A DNA stretch of 64,000 bases. Origin: Squalus acanthias. Taxonomy: Eukaryota. Positions 51,093 to 62,382 of the stretch are shown here, in pieces (within the stretch, counting starts at the first letter, position 1; each line of letters starts with the position of its first letter). The translations under genes were made by a program, and so were the position numbers. The stretch spans positions 164,736,001-164,800,000 of the forward strand of contig CM059425.1 in NCBI GenBank assembly GCA_030390025.1, given 5' to 3'. The notes below the pieces were generated by a model. The model searched no databases and had not been told where the DNA came from. It saw only the letters and a program-made list of their open reading frames with translations.

Positions 51093-51569
51093 ATTTCCAG
51101 CATCTGCAGTATTTTCTTTTTGTGTTAAATTATGAGGACAGGCTTGTATTCCCTTGAGTTGAGATGATTGAGGGGTGATCTCAGTGAGGTGTTTAAAAAT
51201 AATAATGAGATTCAATAGGGTAGATACAGAGAAACTAGTAGAGAACAAGAGGTCATAATCTTAAAATTAGAGCTAGAGACACGACAAAGCACTTTTTCAC
51301 AGGAAGGATAGTGGAAATCTGGAACTACCCCAAAAGGTCATGTATACTGGTCAATTGACATTTTCAAGACTGAAATCAATAGATTTTTGTTGGGAAAGGG
51401 TATCAAGGTTTAAGGAGTAAAGGTGGGTAAATGGAGTTGAGGTACAGATCAGTCATGATCTAACTGAATGGTAGAACAGGCTCGAGGGGCTGAATGGCCT
51501 ACTCCTGTTCCTTTGTAATAGTTTTATTCATTAAGCAAAAATGGAACCATACTTTTTTTCTAATGGTGC

Positions 51570-52380
51570 ATTTCCCGTCCCCAAGCGAAGTGAGAGTGAA
51601 TTGCTTCAGAGTTGGTTGAAGGGTTGAGAAGCCGATTTACACTGACTTTCCCAATCGGTTTGAAGCGCTTTGATTTTTAATGCCGCCCGCTTCAGGAATG
51701 CTCTTCCCCGGGGCAGGACTCGGAGGCGTGAATCGGAACTGCAGAGGGCAGTGTTTGCACCGCTGCCTGGGATCTGTCGTTGGACTGTGCAAACCCAGCT
51801 GCCGCGGGTAACTTTTGTGAAGGAGGGGGAGAGGGCATAACATTCACCCCGGTGTGTAAATGCAATCTTCGAATACAACAGGAGAAACTGCTTGGAAATA
51901 CTGAGCTGTAACTAACCATTCGTCAACCAAACACAGACACACAGCGAGTAATGCGGAGAGATACTGGCAGTGTAAAGAGGCATGATGACAGTGGCCCGGG
52001 CTGAGCATGAGCTGCTCTCTACACTGACACCAGGAGGGGGAGCAGCGGCATTGCTGTCGCGGAGCAGCTGGGGCTCGGCTGCCGGGTTCAAGTCATGTTC
52101 TGTCTCATTTCACTTGGCCCTGACAAAGTGGCGACATTGCTTATTACTGTTGCTAATTAAGATTCTGCATTTAAAGTTGCACCGTCGCTATTTTGCTTAT
52201 TGTGTTTTTGGCTTGTATAAAGGCGCCCCCTGAGCGCTGAGAGCTGGTACTTCTGGTGAGTGGCTTCTGGTGTTGGTTACTGTTGTAAACAAAGCGCAGG
52301 CAAAGGCGGCCGCCTCTCCGCTACCCCAATTGCTACAGAACTAGTAGCAATTCTGGCAAACAGTACACGCAGTACACGTG
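51570..52380 (+). promoter_or_regulatory. GC/CpG-enriched putative promoter and non-coding first exon(s) of the zinc-finger gene
   Basis: Unique CpG-rich sequence upstream of exon 55082; donor-like GTGAGT after 52255 and 52377; CTCF-like ggcgccccctgagcg at 52222. Confidence 0.5.
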
Positions 52381-52472
52381 AGTATTCTTATGAAGACTAT
52401 GGATAAATCCCGTATGTTATGCTGGTGTAGATTCTTAAACGTTACAGTGCAATTTGTATCATCTTAAACAGT

Positions 52473-53937
52473 GACCTGGAATTTGCGGTCTGGATGATGG
52501 CGAACTGGCGGTGTTCGCCATCATTTCGCCTTTGAAACTGACCGCAACTTCAGGATTTAGCGCAAGCACAGCCTAATGCAGAAATGCTGAAGTTGCTGTG
52601 CCCCCCCCAGAGCCGGCAATCAGTGAAATCTCTCAAATCATGGAAACTAACGAAAACTTCCGCTCTTCCGCAGTAATTATACAGTTAAATGCCCCATTAA
52701 AAGTTAAGACGCAAAGGGATTAGGTGTAACTGAGGTTTTAACAGCGTATTTTATTGACTGCTAAACAAAGGTTATGGCCCTGAAAAAGTAGTGGCCCATA
52801 TTTTCCGAACCCTATGGATGTGTACAAGCTGTGTACACACCCGTAGGGGCCTCGCAAGTGCCGGTTTCAGGCTTGCAAAGCGCATGCGCTGAAAACCGGC
52901 ACTTCCGATCTGTCAAGAATCCTCTTGATAGATCGCACGCCTGCCCTGGAGAAGGGCCTCTGCCTCCGCTTTCTGCAGAACCTCCGCCCGCTGAAATCCC
53001 TTAAAAATCTTACGTCTGGTAAAAGCAGGTGCAAGGCATGCTTTTACCAGCAAAAGAGTTTAAAAAAGTAAAAAAAAAATTTTTTTTTCACTCATTTATA
53101 ATTTAAAACTACTTTTAAAAGAGGTAAGTTTATTTTTAGCCCCGTAAATAACTTTAATTATTTTTTTCAAAACATTTAATTTTTGTTTAAAATATTTAAC
53201 TTAATGTAATTTTGACTAATTTTAAAAACGTGATTTAAAAAAAAAATTATTTAATGTTTTAGTGTTTTTTGAATGATCCCCATTCATACATTTGACAGGC
53301 CTATGTGGAGAGACCTGTCAAAAGTGTGAAGGGCGATTCCCTTCTTCCATTGGTTCCCCATGGCCCACGTGATCCCAGGGACGCTTGCAAACTGCCTGTG
53401 CCCCTGGGATACCTGGGGCGTGCGCACCAGGAGCGGAAATGTCCAGACCTCCGGAGCCCTCAGGTAAGGGCGTAGATTTTTTCCAGATCGGAGGCCTCCG
53501 CACGCAGGAAGCCTATAATCGGAAAATACGGGCCAATTTTAATTTTGTGCCGTGCCAAATTTATCCAGTTTAATAAAAATTAAAATTTTTAGAAACTTTA
53601 AAAAATATAATTTAAAAAAAAGTTTGTCCATCTTTATTTCAGGTTTGCCTTTTCCCCATGTGAGAGCCCCAATCTTAGTTTTGCTCTCTCGAACATTTTT
53701 AAAAAGTTAGAATCAAAGGAGCCTGGTTCGCTGTCTGTGAGAATTCTGCGTTTTGATTGCCTGCTTAGACAGCCTGTTAACATCACAGCAGCTGAGAATC
53801 CCCATTAACTTACATTGATTTCAATTACGCGTCAGAAAACCTGAAATTCTCACCAAAGAGATTGCGAGACCTTTGTGCGAAGCTACCTTCGGGGCCAGCA
53901 GCGAATACCTTTTCTTCGCCGCTGACCACAAATTCCA
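52473..53937. mobile_element. Harbinger-type non-autonomous element with a nested MITE
   Basis: TGGAATTTGCGGTC near the left end / GACCACAAATTCCA at the right end. Confidence 0.6.
52793..53534 (+). mobile_element. Hairpin MITE, copy G (subfamily of copy F)
   Basis: GGCCCATATTTTCCGA...TCGGAAAATACGGGCC. Confidence 0.85.
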
Positions 53938-54709
53938 ATATTTTGTATTAGGATAGTAAAGGAAAAGGTGATTATAAGCTTTCATGGTAATGTGAAACTA
54001 TAAACAGTAAGACACTGGAATGTACCTCAAGGGCATTTGATTATAAATTTTAATCAATTGGGCAGAGTTGAAAAATGGAGTTTGTGTGGTTTAAATATTC
54101 TAAACATATATATCTGTATCTTACAGCACAGCAGGAGGCCATTCAGCCCATCGTGCTGGTGCCGGCTCTTTGGCAGAGCTATCCAATTAGTCCCACTCAC
54201 CTGCTCTTTCCCCATAGCCCTGCAAATGTTTTCCATTGGTCCACAACCAATTCGCCCATTTTAGACTCGTTTTCAAATGAGTAGGTGGCCTCCTTATTCC
54301 TCCTACCAAAATGCAACACCTCACACTTATCTATATTCAAATTTATTTGCCATTTATACGCCCATTTTGCAAATTTGTTAATACTTTTGGAGGTTGCAGG
54401 AATAAGAATAGACAGAGACTATCAAATGCTCCATGGAACATAATGGTTCCTGTCCTGCTAGAGCCTTAGAAAAAGCTACAGATAGCAATTGGTCAGAGTT
54501 GAAAAATTGAGTTTGTATGGCTTATGGCATATACTTTTGGTGAATACTTTTGTCAAGCAGATATTTAGCAGAATTTTATCCTTGGGTGATTAAACAGAAC
54601 CCATGACAGAGTAAATTATACATGACCTGTGGCAGGAGTAGGCTTGATGGGCCTTTCCTTGTTCCATACATTATTGCGTTCTTTCTTTATATTTTCTCTT
54701 GCCTTAAGT

Positions 54710-54882
54710 GGGGGAGTATTTCCATGGGGCTTCTCCCAACTGTTGTAACTTCGACAGAAGATCTGCAGAAATCCTGAAGAAATGGCATGAACAATGTTCT
54801 TGTTTTTTCTCCAGGGTTTCTGTGGATCTTCTGCTGAAGTTGCAGCAGAAGATCGGGAGATCCCCCATGGAAATTCAACCCC
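54710..54882. mobile_element. 173 bp palindromic MITE
   Basis: GGGGGAGTATTTCCATGG / CCATGGAAATTCAACCCC; AGT on both flanks. Confidence 0.7.
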
Positions 54883-55126
54883 AGTACTTTTACCATCATC
54901 TTTGAAATTTTTCTTCAGACTTATTTTTTAACCGAAGACATATATAAAAAGGTCACCTAGATTTTCCTGTATCCAAATAGCAACCCCAGTTAATTAGTCT
55001 TTTCTGCCATTTTCATTCAAATTACAATTTCGCTTGCATTTCACGTAATCATTTTATCTGATGTTTGTTGAATATTTGCAGAATTTCTAGATGGTCTTCA
55101 GAAACTGATGGACGTATCATAAGATA

Positions 55127-55285
55127 ATGCAGGCTATTAAATCCTACAACTGTGTGCGTTGTGGCAATGACTTTGCCAGTCAAACAGCCCTAAAGCATCA
55201 CTTTCAAGCTAAACATATTGGAAGAGTATACTGTGACAAGTGTGGGATTGAAGTGCTGCAAGAAAAACTGAAGGAGCATGAAGAG
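55127..55285 (+). CDS. Uncharacterised C2H2 zinc-finger protein, first coding exon (exon starts at 55082)
   Basis: tgcag acceptor at 55081; in-frame TGA at 55106 upstream of the ATG; MQAIKSYNCVRCGNDFASQTALKHHFQAKHIGRVYCDKCGIEVLQEKLKEHEE|gtgtgt; phase 0. Confidence 0.78.
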
Positions 55286-55665
55286 GTGTGTATCCGGAAG
55301 TATTCTCTATGATTTATCATCTAGTATACAGTGGAGCTCTACAAGTGAGGAAGGTTAGAAATTATAAAAGAGAAAAATTAATCCTGATTAGATCAACATA
55401 GACCATTTAGTGAGAAAGCATGTTGCTTTTAAAGGTTGTGAGGCGTAGTATATCAGCTCTTTTCTAAATTGGTCTCGTAATGCTGTGGAAAATACTGCTA
55501 AAACTACAAGCAACTGTTCTTTTCTGGTTTAATACTTTCTAACTCTATGAATTTATTGCCCTGAAAATCTCTGGGAACCTGCTTTGTTTGGGCAAGTACA
55601 GGAGAGCAGAGCCCCTACCCACCTTAGTCCCAAAATGAACGAGGTAATTTATATATCTGGCTTCA

Positions 55666-56115
55666 GTGTCAGCCGTGGCTCAGTGGTAGCACTCTCACCT
55701 CTGAATCAGGTGGTTGTGGGTTCAGGTCCCACTCCAAGAGACTTGAGCACAAGATCTAGGCTGACACTGAGGGAGTGTTTCACTGTCGGAGATGCTGTCT
55801 TTCAGAGGAGACGTTAAACCGAGGTCCCGTCTGCCCTCTCAGGTGGATATAAAAGATCCCATGGCACTATTTTGAAAAAGAGCAGGGGAGTTCTCCCTGG
55901 TGTCCTGGCCAATATTTATCCCTCAACCAACATCAGTAAAAAAAAAAATTGATCTGGTCATTATCACATTGCTGTTTGTGGGACTTTCCTGTGAGCAGAT
56001 TGGCTGCCACGTTTCCTACATTACACCAGTGATTACACCTCAAAACTTAATTGGCAGTAAAGCACTTTGGGATGACCTCAGGTCATGAAAGACGCTATAT
56101 AAATGCAAGTCTTTT
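55666..56115 (+). mobile_element. Full-length tRNA-head Deu-domain SINE with L2-type tail
   Basis: A-box tggctcagtgg, B-box ggttcaggtccc, Deu core gagacgttaaaccgaggtcccgtctgcc...aaaagatcccatggcact, tail gctatataaatgcaagtc. Confidence 0.85.
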
Positions 56116-57214
56116 CTTTTTTTCTTTATAGGCTGCTAGTACCTCCAATAGCGCATCACTGACGCCACCCCCCGACCCACCCTATCCCAATCCACCCTCC
56201 TAAGGTGGAGTGTTGCCTTACTAGTCCATCTGAAACAATCAGAAGCCCAAATGAGCCGAAGAAAAACAAAATTCCAGTAAGTCTTTTACTCCAATAGGAG
56301 CCCCTCTGCTGCTCGAGAGGATAATTGATCCCCTCCAGGATTGATTATCAGATTCTAGTAAAGGTTTGTGGCCTCAAAGGGACTCACACTGGATCTCAAC
56401 TGACCTTTCAAGGGAGTAAAGGGAGGAATTTCTTGGCAAAGCCCAAGAACTCTCCTCCCAGTGTGCCCGCTTGACATATGGCGGCTCAGCTCCCCCGCCC
56501 TCCCTATCCCGACTGGAATTTGAAAGGTTAGTCTAAACAGAGTGGAACCCCAGCAAAACTGGGTTCAATCCCATGTTCTGGGGGCACCCCCCAGTGAAAA
56601 TCAGACTTAGGCTCTCTCCCAACCCAGGAATTTGGGGGCAATTGCGTTTGCTACAAATATGTAATCATAAAGTTAGAAGCACTTAGTTGTAACAAATGCT
56701 GATACAGTGTTCCTAATTACCATCTTATGGATATGTGTACATGTAATATATGCACAAGCCAGGAATTTAGAAAAGAACTGAAACGTTAATGAAAACAATG
56801 TAGTATTGCACTATTGGCTGAAATGTATAAAAATATATCTTCACTGTTTTGTGTTTTTATAAATTGCAGTTATGCAATAAAACTGCTACAAACTATAACA
56901 TTCTAAAAGGTAATGCAATCATTGCCAAAGCAACATGCTGACTGTGAGCTGATTGTTTTAATGCAAATATCCATTTTTAAATAAGTGTAACTGGAAGAAA
57001 AAGGTGGTGGTCAGCAAGAATGAGCTTGCAGTTGGTAGAATGGGCTTTGAGATTTCAATTGAGGTGTGTGGTAAAGTATGGGATACAAGTCAAGTGGGGT
57101 ATTGAGAGAATATTGCTCTTCCATGAGCAACTGCTCTTTTATTGTAGTAAACATTGTAGTAAATTTTCATTAGGTTCTCTTATTTTAAAATAAACTGTCC
57201 ATCTGTTTTTCCAA

Positions 57215-58457
57215 TGAATTTTTTGAAGAGGTGACTAATGTAGTGGACAGGGGAATGTCTATGGATGTTATTTATATGCACTTCCAGAAGGCATTTGATA
57301 AAGTCCCTCATAAGAGAATATTAGCTAAAGTTGAAGTTTGTAGAATTGAAGACAAATTATTGACCTGGTTAGGAAATTGGCTGAGCGGTAGGAGACAGAG
57401 AGTAGGGATAATGGGCAGGTACCCTAATTGGCAGGATGTGATTAGTGGTGTCCCACAGGGATCTGTGTTGGGGCCTCAACTATTCACAGTATTTATTAAC
57501 AACTTAGATGATGGGATAGAGAGCCACATATCCTAGTTTGCTAATGACACAAAGATAGGCGGCATTGTAGGCAGTGTAGATGGAAGTATAAAATTACAAA
57601 AAGATATTGATAGATTAAGTGAATGGGCAAAACTGTGGCAAATGGATTTCAATATAGACAAGTGTGAGGTCATCCACTTTGACCCTAAAAAGGATAGATC
57701 AGAGTACTTTCTAAATGGTGAAAAGCTAGAAACAGTGGAGGTCCAAAGAGACTTGGGGGTCCAGGTACATAGATCATTAAAATGTCATGAACAGGTACAG
57801 AAAATAATCAAAAAGGCCAATGGAATTCTGGCCTTTATATCTAAAGGACTAGAATACAGGGGGGTAGAAGTTATGCTACAGCTATACAAAGCCCTAGTTA
57901 GACCACACCTGGAGTATTGTGTTCAATTCTGGGCACCACACCTTAGAAAGAATATATTGGCATTGAAGGGAGTGCAGCGAAGGTTTACCAGAATGATACC
58001 TGGATGCCAAGGTTTAAGTTACGAGGAGAGATTACATAAATTAGGGTTGTACTCCCTGGAATTTAGAAGGTTAAAGGGTGATCTGATCCAAGTTTTCAAG
58101 ATATTAGGGGGAACTTATAGGGTAGATAGAGAGAAACTATTTCCGCTGGTTGGGGAGTCTAGGACTAAGGAACATAGCCTAAAAATTAGAGCCAGACCTT
58201 TCAGGAGTGAAGTTAGGAAACATTTCTACACACAAAGGGTGGTAGAAGTTTGGAACTCTCTTCCGCAAATGGCAATTGATGCTGGGCCAATTGTTAATTT
58301 TAAATCTAAGATTGATATAATTTTGTTAACCAAAGGTATTAAGGGATATGGGGCAAAGGCGAGTATATGGAGTTAGGTCACAGATCAGCCATGATCTCAT
58401 TGAATGGCAGAACAGGCCCGAACGGATAAATGGCCTACTCCTGTTCCTGTGTTCCTA
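57215..58457 (+). mobile_element. 5'-truncated CR1 LINE
   Basis: FQKAFDKVPH, GVPQGSVLGP, LVRPHLEYCVQFW; tail gatcagccatgatctc...cctactcctgttcc. Confidence 0.92.
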
Positions 58458-58820
58458 ACTCCCCAAAACCATGTTTTCTGAAAACTAAATTGAAAACTGC
58501 ACAACTTAGGCTTTAAAAATAACCTCAAAAGGATTGGCAAATAAAACAGAATCCTCTATTTTTCTAAACGTTACTTATAGAAAATGCCAGAATTTTGCTA
58601 AGATATTTCTGCAACATCTTTATGAAAATGTAATGATTTCAATAAAATTAGGCAAAAAATTGCAATTGTTTTGTAACGTGCACAGGAAATATGTTCATTA
58701 CTGTACAATATCACAATCAGTAAGTAAGTTTATTGCTAACTTTTTATGGTTTTGTACATTGGTAGCTGAAAGTAATATTTTAAAACTATATGCAGTCAAT
58801 ATATTATGCTTCAACTGTAG

Positions 58821-59013
58821 ACTGTACATTGCAAAGATAAACATAATTTGTCGTATGAGCATCCGTACTGGGATGAACCCTTGCAACGAGAGGACAAGTT
58901 TGTGGCATCAGAAAAGAGTGTGTCTTGCCGGATGTGTGGCAGAGTGTTTGGAACCATGCACAGCAGGGAACAACATGAGAGGCAAGAACATCATTTTACA
59001 GCCAGCCAAAGAG
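58821..59013 (+). CDS. Uncharacterised C2H2 zinc-finger protein, second coding exon
   Basis: tgtag|ACT GTA CAT...AGA G|gtaaac; TVH completes finger 2 across the splice; CRMCGRVFGTMHSREQHERQEH is finger 3; ends in phase 1, so the gene continues. Confidence 0.78.
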
Positions 59014-59774
59014 GTAAACTACATTCAAAAAATCTCGTTACTCACAGATGTTTGTTGTGTACTAGCTCAGCAGGAAGGAGTCCTTTTGGGGTGGGTAAAC
59101 TAACTCAAAACTTTACTGTCTTCAAGATAGAGTTCTAACTCTTAGACCTAGTTTTTCCTTGTGATTACCATCTGTTTTTGGGTGGATTTAGGGTGGCTGG
59201 AAGAAGTTGTATTGCTGACTCCTTGTTTGTAGAAAGCCCCGTGAAAATTTTCCTCTGAATGCGATGTTGATGACCATCCAGCTCCTGCCAAAATACAATT
59301 CAATGCATGAAAATTGTATTTACATTTTACGTTAATACCCCACTTCGAATTTCCTTCCCTTGTTGCCTGTGACTCACCTCCTTGAAATCAACATCAATAT
59401 AAAATAGTCATTCCGACAGGTGGCTGTGGATGAGCAGGCCATCTTCTGAAGATTTATAGTAGCTACTACTTTACTGTTGAAGACTTATATATTTTAATTT
59501 TGAGCTTTTTCCATCTCAAGCTTGTGGATACATTTAGAATTGCTCCTGCTGCTTTGTTGTCTTAGTCACCATCAGCACAGAACACAATGATGCTTCCATT
59601 AGGAATTCCTCTTTACCTGGGCTTTAAAGAGAAAGAACAGGAGGATGAGGAAGGCCAATGCAGGGAAGCTAGGCTGTTCAAGCATGATTGGAGGTGTCAG
59701 GCACCCACCCTTCTATATTTACAGTTATCCGCAGTGATATCTAAACCTCCCCAATCAGTTGTACACAAAAAGAC

Positions 59775-60659
59775 GGGCCGGAATTTTCAGAGGTAAGTGA
59801 AAGTTGAAAAACCCCGACTCCAACCCGCCCACTTTCACCTTTCACTCAGGCGATGGGGGTGCGGGCTGCATATTACTGTATAATGAGGCCTGAAGCCTCT
59901 ACTTTAACCTGCTTTGCAGGTTTTACTGCAGGCGGCCGGGGATCCTGGAGCCCGGGATTCCAGGTGGCTGCAATGAGGCGGCCTCAGCCTTGGGGAGCAA
60001 TGCTTGTGGGCCGGGAGGAGCAGGAGTGCTTCCTCCCGGCCCCCCAAGCTCCCCCACCATCAGCCTGTCCTCCCTGGAATTGGGGTTCAGACCCCCCCCC
60101 CACCCCAGGATCACAACACGGCCCTGGGGTCAGAGATCAGACTCCGTCCCCCCCCCCACCCTCGGGGGACTACGACTCAGACCCAGGGTCGGGGATCAGA
60201 CCCCCTGCCCCCGGGATCGGGCCGCACCCCCCCCCCCCGCCCCATCCCCGGGCCTGAAACACCAGCCTCGGGATCGTGACTCGGCCCCAGGGTCGAGGAT
60301 CAGACAGCCCCCCCACCCCTCCTGGGGGATTGCGACTTAGCCCCACGGTCGAGGATCAGACTCCGCCCCCGGGATCGGGCCGCACCCCCGTGCCTGAAAC
60401 ACCAGCCCCGGGATCATGACTCGGCCCCAGGGTCGAGGATCGACAATCGCGACAGCCCTGGGATCGGACCCCCCGGGCTTGAACCCCCTGCCCCCCCATC
60501 CTGGGCCCAGCACTTGTTGCTGTGGCCTCCTTCTCCGAGTTGCCTGCACGACTAGACCCCAGCCTATCAAACAGGCTGACTTGCGGCCCTGATGTCGTAC
60601 ACGTGTCGTCTCCTGGGTCCCCCTGCACCATGCGGGTGGGACCTGGCAAAATCCAGCCC
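59775..60659. mobile_element. Harbinger-type MITE with an internal GC-rich tandem array
   Basis: GGGCCGGAATTTT / AAAATCCAGCCC; repeats of gactcggccccagggtcgaggatc and ccccgggatc at ~60080-60500. Confidence 0.65.
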
Positions 60660-61689
60660 GAAGTTTCCCTTGTGAGGCAATAGAGGAGTAATTCCACCAG
60701 TTTAGCACAGACCTGGAGCCTTCCTCTTCCAGAGGCATTGCATTGCCAATGTTAGTCAAAGTCACAATGACACTCAACTTCTACGCCACTGGCTTCTTTC
60801 AGGCCGTATTAGGGACATATACAACATCAGAAATTTAGCTGTCCACTGATGTATAAGTTATTGTTTGAAATGCTTGAAATGCATAGTTCATCATCAACAA
60901 CAACAACTTGCATTTATATAGCACCTTTAACTTAGAAAAATGGGGGCTTGGGGGCATTGGGGTTACATAGAATTATATAGAATATACAGCACAGAAACAG
61001 GCCATTTGGCCCAACCAGCCCATGCTGGTTTAGGTAGGAGAATGAGAGGGACTGGGGTATGGGGCGAGTGTGGGGCCCAGCACTTGCAGAGCTCAGAGCA
61101 ACAATGTGGGAGTGAGAGCAGCACAGAGAGAGGACCAGTCAGTAAAGGGGTGAGTGAAATCTTGTGACTTTACACTGGGTACATCGCGAAAGATTGTTTC
61201 CACTGGTGGGCGAATGGGGAACAAGGGGACAGACACAGATTCCCACTGGAAGGTTTTTGCACCGAGGGCTATTAAGCCATGGGATGCTTCAACACAATGT
61301 GCCCTGTGAGAAGTACCCCAAAAAATGAGTCCGCTGCCCTTTGTGAGATCTCTCGGTTTGGTTCAGGTCAGCCAGTGCTGGCCAGTTTTGACATGTGAAG
61401 TCCAAGTACTTATTGGCGCTGACTGAGGCTCTCAGCTCAGAGTTGTCACCTGCCCAAACCAGGGTCCAAGGAGATAGGAAGAGAGATGGGGCCTGTTAAA
61501 GGTGGCATCGACTGGGGAGCCTGACCGCACCTTGTGTAGTGCAGAGGGAATTAGGCTGTAGTTACAGGGTGAATATAAGCGGGTTACAGGATTACTATTA
61601 GTTACAGGTAGGATATTGGGGCATTACACATATTGCTACCAGTTACCTATAGACTATCAGTGAATTATTGTTAGTTATGAGAAGAATCT

Positions 61690-62382
61690 GGGGGAGAAAT
61701 TTATTATAGCCCCGTTTGGAGTGCTTAAACTTTGGAAGCGGAAAAATTATCGCCAGACGCTAATGATGAGAGGCTCCCGCGAAATTCAGTTGTAGTGCTC
61801 CAAGAGGGAAGTGGAGCGCTAAATCAAGCGCTACCACTTCCCTTGGAGCACTAAAGGGAGTGAGGGGGCGATATCGGCAAAGTGCTGATCAATGTTCCGT
61901 GCAGCACTGCCGGATTCGCAGGCTCCTTCCCTCCCTTAAAGGGAAGGGCCAATGCTCACAGTAGTTAAAGGTAAGGCTGGGGCTGGGTCGGCGATGGCAT
62001 CCGCGATCCGCGAGGAGCAGCCCCAAGGGGTGAGAACAAAATTTTGGCCTACCTGACCATCAATCCCTTTAATTACCACTCCCCAAGCGGCCGGCTGAGG
62101 TCACAATGCCTCCTGCACTGCCATTGCTGATACCCGGCAAATCTGCAGGGGGCGGAAGTGAATTTAGGATCCAGGGCGGTAAAGGGGTGATGCGCACCGG
62201 ATGACGTCACAATCTCCGGGGCGCAGGAGATCGAGGCAGTAAGTTTTACCGCCGGTGCTACCCCCCATTGAATTTCACGAGAGTCGTTTCTTTCGCCACG
62301 CCCGGTCGGTAAGTCGTTAGCGCCCTGTTATTGCCCTCCGGAGGCGATAACGGGAGGCGCAAAGGAGACCAATTTCTAGCCC
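61690..62382. mobile_element. Harbinger-type MITE inserted in low-complexity tattagttac repeats
   Basis: GGGGGAGAAATT / AATTTCTAGCCC; TCT on both flanks. Confidence 0.65.

Larger units (their letters stand above)
47546..51122 (+). mobile_element. Penelope-like 3' region hosting a MITE and a young CR1
   Basis: aatttcagatcataa, pyrimidine-rich UTR, hammerhead-like core 47859-47884, cacagatgctgcctgacctgctgag 48671-48695, tttccagcatctgcag ~51094. Confidence 0.7.
47143..51515 (+). mobile_element. Old CR1 3' fragment split (47143-47545 and 51124-51515) by a Penelope insertion
   Basis: WQMEFNVGKCEV...; gttaaatt repeated at both breakpoints; CR1 tail at ~51445-51515. Confidence 0.8.

Noticed and set aside
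55666..55740. tRNA gene
   Set aside because: The A and B boxes belong to a SINE head that continues into the Deu domain.
56132..56276. Possible extra exon of the zinc-finger gene (tttatag...gtaagt)
   Set aside because: The acceptor comes from a SINE tail, there is an in-frame TAA, and it would split finger 2.
58534..59103. 189 aa ORF
   Set aside because: AT-rich alternative frame overlapping the zinc-finger exon; no domain features.
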